Source: Selaginella moellendorffii
Lineage: Eukaryota > Plantae > Lycopodiophyta
Reading direction: 5' to 3'
Assembly (NCBI RefSeq): GCF_000143415.4
Contig: NW_003314312.1
Location: forward strand, 253,261 to 317,260
Length of the DNA stretch: 64,000 nucleotides
This document shows, in pieces, positions 58,201 to 64,000 of the stretch (position 1 is the stretch's first letter; each line of letters opens with the position of its first letter). The notes under the pieces were generated by a model. That model ran no database searches. It saw only the letters and a program-made list of their open reading frames with translations, and was not told the DNA's origin. The position numbers and the translations under genes are program-made.

Positions 58201-59300
58201 ATGAAGTAGTAATATGGTTTTATATATAAACATGTAAGTCCTCAAATTAGTTTATTTGAATGTTAATAACTTTCACTCAAAGCCATTCTTTTGAAAATGT
58301 GGGAATTATTTCCTCACCCTTGATATCCTTACCTTTGACAAGCTTGAAAACTATGCTTTTATTGCATTATTCTAATTTTGTGCATGCTTATGAACCATTT
58401 ATACTCAACTTCTTAAGTATCAACTTACTTTAAAGCATCCTTGGAACATTAACCCTTTAATTTGTTAAATATTCTCCTCTCACAAACTTTCTAGCTACCA
58501 ATTGGTTTAACATAGACACTTCTATGTTTTAAATTCTCTATGTTATCATGTTTGTAAGACCTTGAACTCCCATTTGATTTCCCACTCCTAATTTATATAA
58601 CTTTTCTTATATATATCCTTTTATTCTTATGGTTTGATTCTATCACTTTACTATTTGCTCTTAGCTTTATACTATTAGGAAATATTCACTTACTACTCAT
58701 GCCCTAACAAGTATTTTTATACTTAATGACTTAGGGAGGATTAACTTGTAATCCCATATACTAAAATTAATGTTACTATTTATGAAACCCTTGTATACCC
58801 ATTGCTAATAGTGTTGAAATCTATTTGCTGAAAAAAACTTCCTCCAGCTTTAGCTTTCTTTAACCTTAACACCTCTTATCTATTATTCTCTAAGGATTTA
58901 TTCTTTTTATTTGATACCCTTATAATACTAACTATGTTTTATGTGTATATTAAACTTATTTATCCTAATAAAAAGCCTAGGGAAGTTAACTTTCACCATT
59001 TTAATCAGTTTTAATAAACTTACCTTAAAGTTATTATGTTTTTCATTGCTATTTCTTTCACACCTTCATATTTGATCAAAATATTCTATTTTATGCCTTC
59101 TAGCTTAGGCTATGTCATGTGTTAAACACTTTAAATACAATCTTTTAAGCCCTACTTTCATAGGAGCTTTGAAAACTAATATAGTCAAACCTCAACTAAT
59201 TCAGAAACTTAATTTGGGTTTTATGCTAATATAAAATGCCCATTCATATGCAATAAGTCTTGAGTTCAAATCTTATAAATAGAGGTTTGGTTTAATTTCT
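55300..59300 (+). mobile_element. Highly decayed retroelement-like sequence (possibly Ty3/Gypsy)
   Basis: AT-rich, apparently CpG-depleted, no long ORFs. Weak peptide remnants such as GQGSMSIEIG (~57290) resemble gag PMEI motifs. Confidence 0.3.
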
Positions 59301-59932
59301 GTTTTGAGTGAATATAACCCCCCTTCCACCTCACCAACATCTGCATAGGTCACAATACATATCCTTGTTAATCCAAATGATATAAATTCCAACTTACGAG
59401 TTCAAGTTTAATAATTATTTGAAGGTGGTTTTTTTAATCAAAACTCAGGAAAGGCTATTTACTACCATTATAAAAACTCAATTTTAAATGAAATATATTT
59501 TAATTAAGGAGTGCCATAGAATCCTAGGCTTAACTAAATTAGGCTCAGTCCAATCTGAACCATTCAAGATTTTTACCAATCAATCTGAACCATTTAGTAT
59601 TTGTACAAATAATGACCCTGCAGTGATCTTTATAAAGTTATTTTCACTATAACATATTTTTTAGGTCTTTGAACAGATAGTGTTTTATTTGAAACATTTC
59701 CACCCTTAGGGTCAACAGGTGAATGGTTTAGGAGTAACCCCAGTTTGTGTTGCAAAAGCCCAAAAACATGTATTATTATTATACTACTTTGAAATGGAAA
59801 AATTATGTATGATTATTATTCAAGAACTTTCAGATATAAGATAGAATACGCAAAATTTTTGTTTTTAAGAAAATGACCTAAAAGGAACAAAAGCTCCTAT
59901 TTTAGCGCTTTAGGGCTTTGTTCCTTTCAGGT

Positions 59933-60304
59933 ATGGCTCGTAAGAAGAAAACGGCGAAGAGGAACGTTCGAAGGGACAAGGACAAGGAGGGGGCGCGAGA
60001 GGTAAAACCAGAGGCGACGAAGAATCTAGTGGAGGAGGCGACGATCGATCCAGCCGATGCCCCTGGTCGCGAGGAAGAGGAAGAGGACGGGGATGCCGAT
60101 GTGATCTGGGTTCCTCCCCCTCCCTCTCGATCCAGCAAGCGCAGGAAAAGCACCGGCGGCGATCCAGAGGTGGAGTGGGAGCTCGTTTCCTCGCGACCCA
60201 TCAAGAGCTTGGAGGAGATCAAGGCCTCCAAGAGCTTGGAGGAAATCAAAGCCTCCACTCGATCAACGAGGAAACGAACAGTTACAGCGGTCAGTGTGAT
60301 ATGA
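59933..60304 (+). CDS. Small hypothetical basic/acidic protein (possible NLS)
   Basis: GC-rich ORF MARKKKTAKR...EEEEED...SKRRK with a 27-bp tandem duplication (KSLEEIKAS x2). No recognised domain. Confidence 0.5.
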   Translation: MARKKKTAKRNVRRDKDKEGAREVKPEATKNLVEEATIDPADAPGREEEEEDGDADVIWVPPPPSRSSKRRKSTGGDPEVEWELVSSRPIKSLEEIKASKSLEEIKASTRSTRKRTVTAVSVI

Positions 60305-60388
60305 TGCTAAATGATGTATAGAACTTTTCAAGAAAGATTTCCCTTCCTCGTGCTTGATCCTTATTATTTAGAAAATAAACCCAAGCGT

Positions 60389-61662
60389 CTAGCAATGCCT
60401 GGGAACTCTCCATTCGATCTTATACTTGTCTCTTTGTTCTTGGGTCATGAACTTCCAGAGATTCCAATCCTCTGCTACGAGCTGGAGATCTTGGAGCTTG
60501 TTCTCCAGGCCTGCTCCACAGCAATTGGCGTGCATGGTGCACACGAGCCCCAGATCCTTTGGACGCTCGCAAAACCCTCCAAAAAACTCTGTGCTGAGGA
60601 ATCGCAACCTCAGTCCCAGGGCCGAGAACTCCGGGCTGAATTTAATGTCGTTGAGCACGTCCTGGTCGTGGCGGCCAGGGAATCGCAGCCGCGCGTCGTA
60701 CCACAGCGCGTAGAGCGCGATCGTTCTGTTGCCGGACACAGCGTGGACGAATCCCCCGTTTGGAGCGTTGTTCAAATCGTTGTCGATTCCAGTGAAGTGA
60801 TCCGATGCGATCTCGAAGTCCGCCACGGGATGGAATTGAGGGAATGGATCGCGAAACCAGAGGATATCAGCATCCTGACAGAAAACCAAACGAAAAGTTA
60901 GTGACAAAATTTAGGGTTCTTCCGTGATCTTCGGGATAATCACTGTACGAAAGAGAGCTAGGTACGGTACCGTGAACACGAAGCTATAGCCGAGCTGGAG
61001 AACGACGCGGAGGAAGTAGATCCTCCTCCACATCATCTCGAGGTAGTCGGGTGTCATGAAGCGCTTCTGCTCGCCCGCAAAATTGATGCCATCGGTGCGC
61101 AGGAGGAAGCAATGCCGGTGGATTTGGGCGCAGCGCTGGAACGAGGGCGAGTCCAGGGCGATGATCACCAAATGGGGGAGGAACCGCTCGGTCTCGATTC
61201 CCTTGTGGAAGCCATCGAGGAAGAGATCGATCATGGTGTTGTTTTCCGCCCATGCCTGGTTGAGAGTGGTGAGGATCACGGTCTTGTTGTGGAATTGCGC
61301 TCTGTGGAGGATCTTGTTGAGGTTTTGGAGCTCTTTCACGCTCTATATGTACAAATTTGCCAATCAGCCTAGAAGCAAGTCGATCTAAATTGTCAACTCA
61401 CAAAGTTGCTGGTGACCGAGAGGCTCTGGAAATCGAAGTTATCCTTGCTGGGATCATGCCCGCCATCGTCCATGGTGGTGCTCGAGTTTGATGCATGCGC
61501 TGCTAACCATGAATTTTCGGTGACACCAATCTTTTCTTCCAGAATGGCTTGATCGCGGGCTTGATCGCCACTAAATGATAGAACCAAGCATAAGAAAACG
61601 AGTGTGCAAAGGATCCCTGCTGCTGGAAGCATAGCTTGCTGCAATTTTTTGGTTCCCTCCAT
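60389..61662 (-). CDS. Nucleotide-diphospho-sugar transferase (GT77-like), type II membrane protein (3 exons)
   Basis: N-terminal TM; KTVILTTLNQAW, YLEMMWRRIYFL, GYSFVFT-DADILWFRDPF (DxD), HDQDVLN, CTMHANCC. Confidence 0.92.
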
Positions 61663-63266
61663 CTGGAAAAAGCACCAAACATTTGCTAGAAGAAGGAATT
61701 GGAAGCCGCCATGATGGGGAATCTCTTTGCCTTCGTTTGAAATCAATCGAATTTCGATTATGCGAGTCTTATCATTCTTATGATGGGATTGTTCTCTCTA
61801 AGTCTAAGATTCGCATGCAAACGCAATACAAGTTGACCACCGATTTTTAAGAAATGCATTAATGTTTGGTAACAAAAAGTCTTTGATTCTATGAATTTAT
61901 TTAAATATAAAATATACAGAGATAAATAATTTACGTTTTACATATAAATCTGACCAATTCAGCTTCACATTAGCGAGTAGCTTAATTGGTTTGCTGTTTA
62001 ATATGATTTTTCAAACTTCATAAGAAATCAAAGAGGTAATTTGGGGTTCAATTGATGAGGCTTTACCAGCAAATAATCTATTGTCTCGACAATGCAAGAG
62101 TATGTATTATTGGTTAAAAGGAGATTTACATAGATTGCACAAAGACTTTAACCCTTGGAAATTAAGATCCAACTAACATCATAGAGATCTAGGTGGGATG
62201 CCTGACGTTAACCCACACCAAATGAAGGCACATTGTGGTGTGATACCATGTAGTTGGCTCTATGAGTTTATAATTTATAAACTTTTTTAAACTGCCATAA
62301 TCCACATTTCAATTTCAGGTTATAAGATTCAAGTGGAAAAACTTCTTTATCCTTGCAAAGGTATTGATTGTTGGGGATGTTCTAATTTGTGCAAAGTCCG
62401 ATTGCTTTGGCCATTCATCTTTCTTAATCACCTCAATGGTTCAATTTGAGAGACAAGAGCACACGCCTCGAATCCAGGAGAGGAATTAAGCTTTACTAAG
62501 TGACAGACAGAAAGTAGAAGAAAGGAAAGCCTCCATTTTTATTTACAAACGGATTGTTTGAGATAATCTTTGGATATCTCAATTGCACAATTGGACGAAG
62601 TGAACCACATTCTAGGAGTGCTAAACAAGCTAAGTGAGGAGGGCAGCATCAAGAATGATTTGGTGGTATGGGACTGCCTTTGCACAAAACTCATAGTTTT
62701 GGGTTCGGGTTTATTTAAACCCTAAACCCTAAACTTAACCCTTGGGATTTTGAACAAAGTTACTTAGTAATTCCTGATAATAAGCACAGAATAACACTAA
62801 AATAATTCTAGAACATTTAAAATCCTAATGCTAAAAGTAATACACAAAATGTAACCAAATGAACATTGAAGAAAGAGAAAAAATGTTAGTTTTACTTACA
62901 ATACAATATCAAACTCTCCAGCTTTGCGTAAGTTGAATCTCTTTCTATTCCCTGATACCATCATCATTGATAACAAGATACCTCGGTGTCACTGTAAATC
63001 CCAGCCACATTTCAAGCCTGGCAAAACAAATTCCCCCACTCTATGATCCATATACTTCATTGGATGTCCATCTGCAAATTACTGCTCCTAAGTCATATTT
63101 CCAGATGCTGACGTCTCTCTCACTTTAGAGCACACTCAGAAACTGGCAGAGATCTATAAATTGCCTAAGTTTTTTCTGCAAGCAGCTTCGTCGTTCCTTC
63201 ACCCCGAGTCATCTGTTTGAGAATGGTTTAAGTAACAGAACTTTCAAAATAGATTACCTGTTGTGG

Positions 63267-64000
63267 CTAAGAAACTTTAAATGGATCAATGGCAGCCAAG
63301 AAAATGTAGCATCCTCCATCTTGTACTTCTTTTTTCTCTAGAGCCAACTTTGATGCTTGAGCTCCCTCTTTGAAATCGTTCCAGCTCTTGCAAGCTCCTA
63401 AGAAATTCTTCCAGTCGGAGCTATCTGGCACAAAAGGCATGCTTTCCATCAAATCCCGAGCTCCACACAAATTGTTGGAGCGAGCGAGGACATCTGCAAA
63501 GCTCCTGTGATGGTACTTGGATAGCTTGACACCAAAATCCAGGCTTATCGACTGGAAACGAAGCCTTGCATCCGAGATTTCTCCGCCATGGCTGCAAGCG
63601 TAGAGAACAGCGAGCAAAGTAACCTCGTCAAGATCATGAGCGTTCAAGTTCGCTTCTGCAAAAAATGAATTTGCTTCGACAAATTGCCCAGCTTGAGCAA
63701 GTGCAGTTAAAACAATGTTAACGGAAGTAGTGTTCTTTTCAGGCATTTGATTGAACAAATGTTTTAGAAAATCTACATGAGAATTCACGTTTGATCCCAG
63801 AAATAAGTTTGCAGACACTACGTTTTTCACAGGCAGAGAATAATAGAGCAGCTTTGCTTGTTTGAAATGCCCATTTGAAATATACGCTGTAAGCAAGCAA
63901 TTCCAAGAGACAAGATTCCACTCAGGCATTTGTAAGAAAATTTTTACCGCAAAACTCATTTGGTTTTCCTTGGAAAACGCATGAAGAACTGTCGTGTACG
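63267..64000 (-). CDS. PLS-class PPR protein C-terminal part (E domain), 5' end outside the window or disrupted
   Basis: MPEWNLVSWN, AVLYACSHGG, MPFVPDSSDWKNFLGAC. Confidence 0.75.
   Translation of the reverse strand, partial: YTTVLHAFSKENQMSFAVKIFLQMPEWNLVSWNCLLTAYISNGHFKQAKLLYYSLPVKNVVSANLFLGSNVNSHVDFLKHLFNQMPEKNTTSVNIVLTALAQAGQFVEANSFFAEANLNAHDLDEVTLLAVLYACSHGGEISDARLRFQSISLDFGVKLSKYHHRSFADVLARSNNLCGARDLMESMPFVPDSSDWKNFLGACKSWNDFKEGAQASKLALEKKEVQDGGCYIFLAAIDPFKVS

Noticed and set aside
62700-62742. Telomere-like AAACCCT repeats
   Set aside because: Only 2-3 imperfect units, too short to call an interstitial telomere.
62895-63215. Splice-like signals downstream of the last PPR stop
   Set aside because: No sustained open frame or recognisable protein; likely UTR exons or decayed sequence.

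Overview
Eukaryotic, very gene-dense plant genomic window with 50-100 bp GT-AG introns, tiny intergenic spaces, many PLS/DYW PPR genes and two N gaps. These traits suggest the lycophyte Selaginella (inferred, not verified). Housekeeping genes: EGY3, a CHCHD2/Mix17-like protein, a MATE transporter, GASA, a pathogen-related protein, ATG14, starch synthase III, MSRA5, ZF-HD, CLPP4, a PIH1-domain protein, a DYW-PPR, a B3-less ARF-type PB1 protein and a GT77 glycosyltransferase. A bacterial-type isoaspartyl dipeptidase (IadA) with a signal peptide is also present. The most unusual region is ~23.6-38.3 kb, a repeatedly duplicated and inverted PPR-fragment/jacalin/MSRA5 cassette. It holds an intact 9-exon secreted lectin gene: 4 jacalin repeats built from all-phase-0 half-domain exons with variable loops, then a Pro-rich linker and an 8-Cys knottin-like tail. 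Upstream is a 4x amplified W-box-pair promoter unit. A single-domain paralogue and many deletion-riddled relics lie nearby. AT-rich stretches (11.6-15.1, 33.7-36.2, 52.6-59.8 kb) contain transposon remnants and long inverted repeats. Exon boundaries were read by eye and may be off by a few bases.
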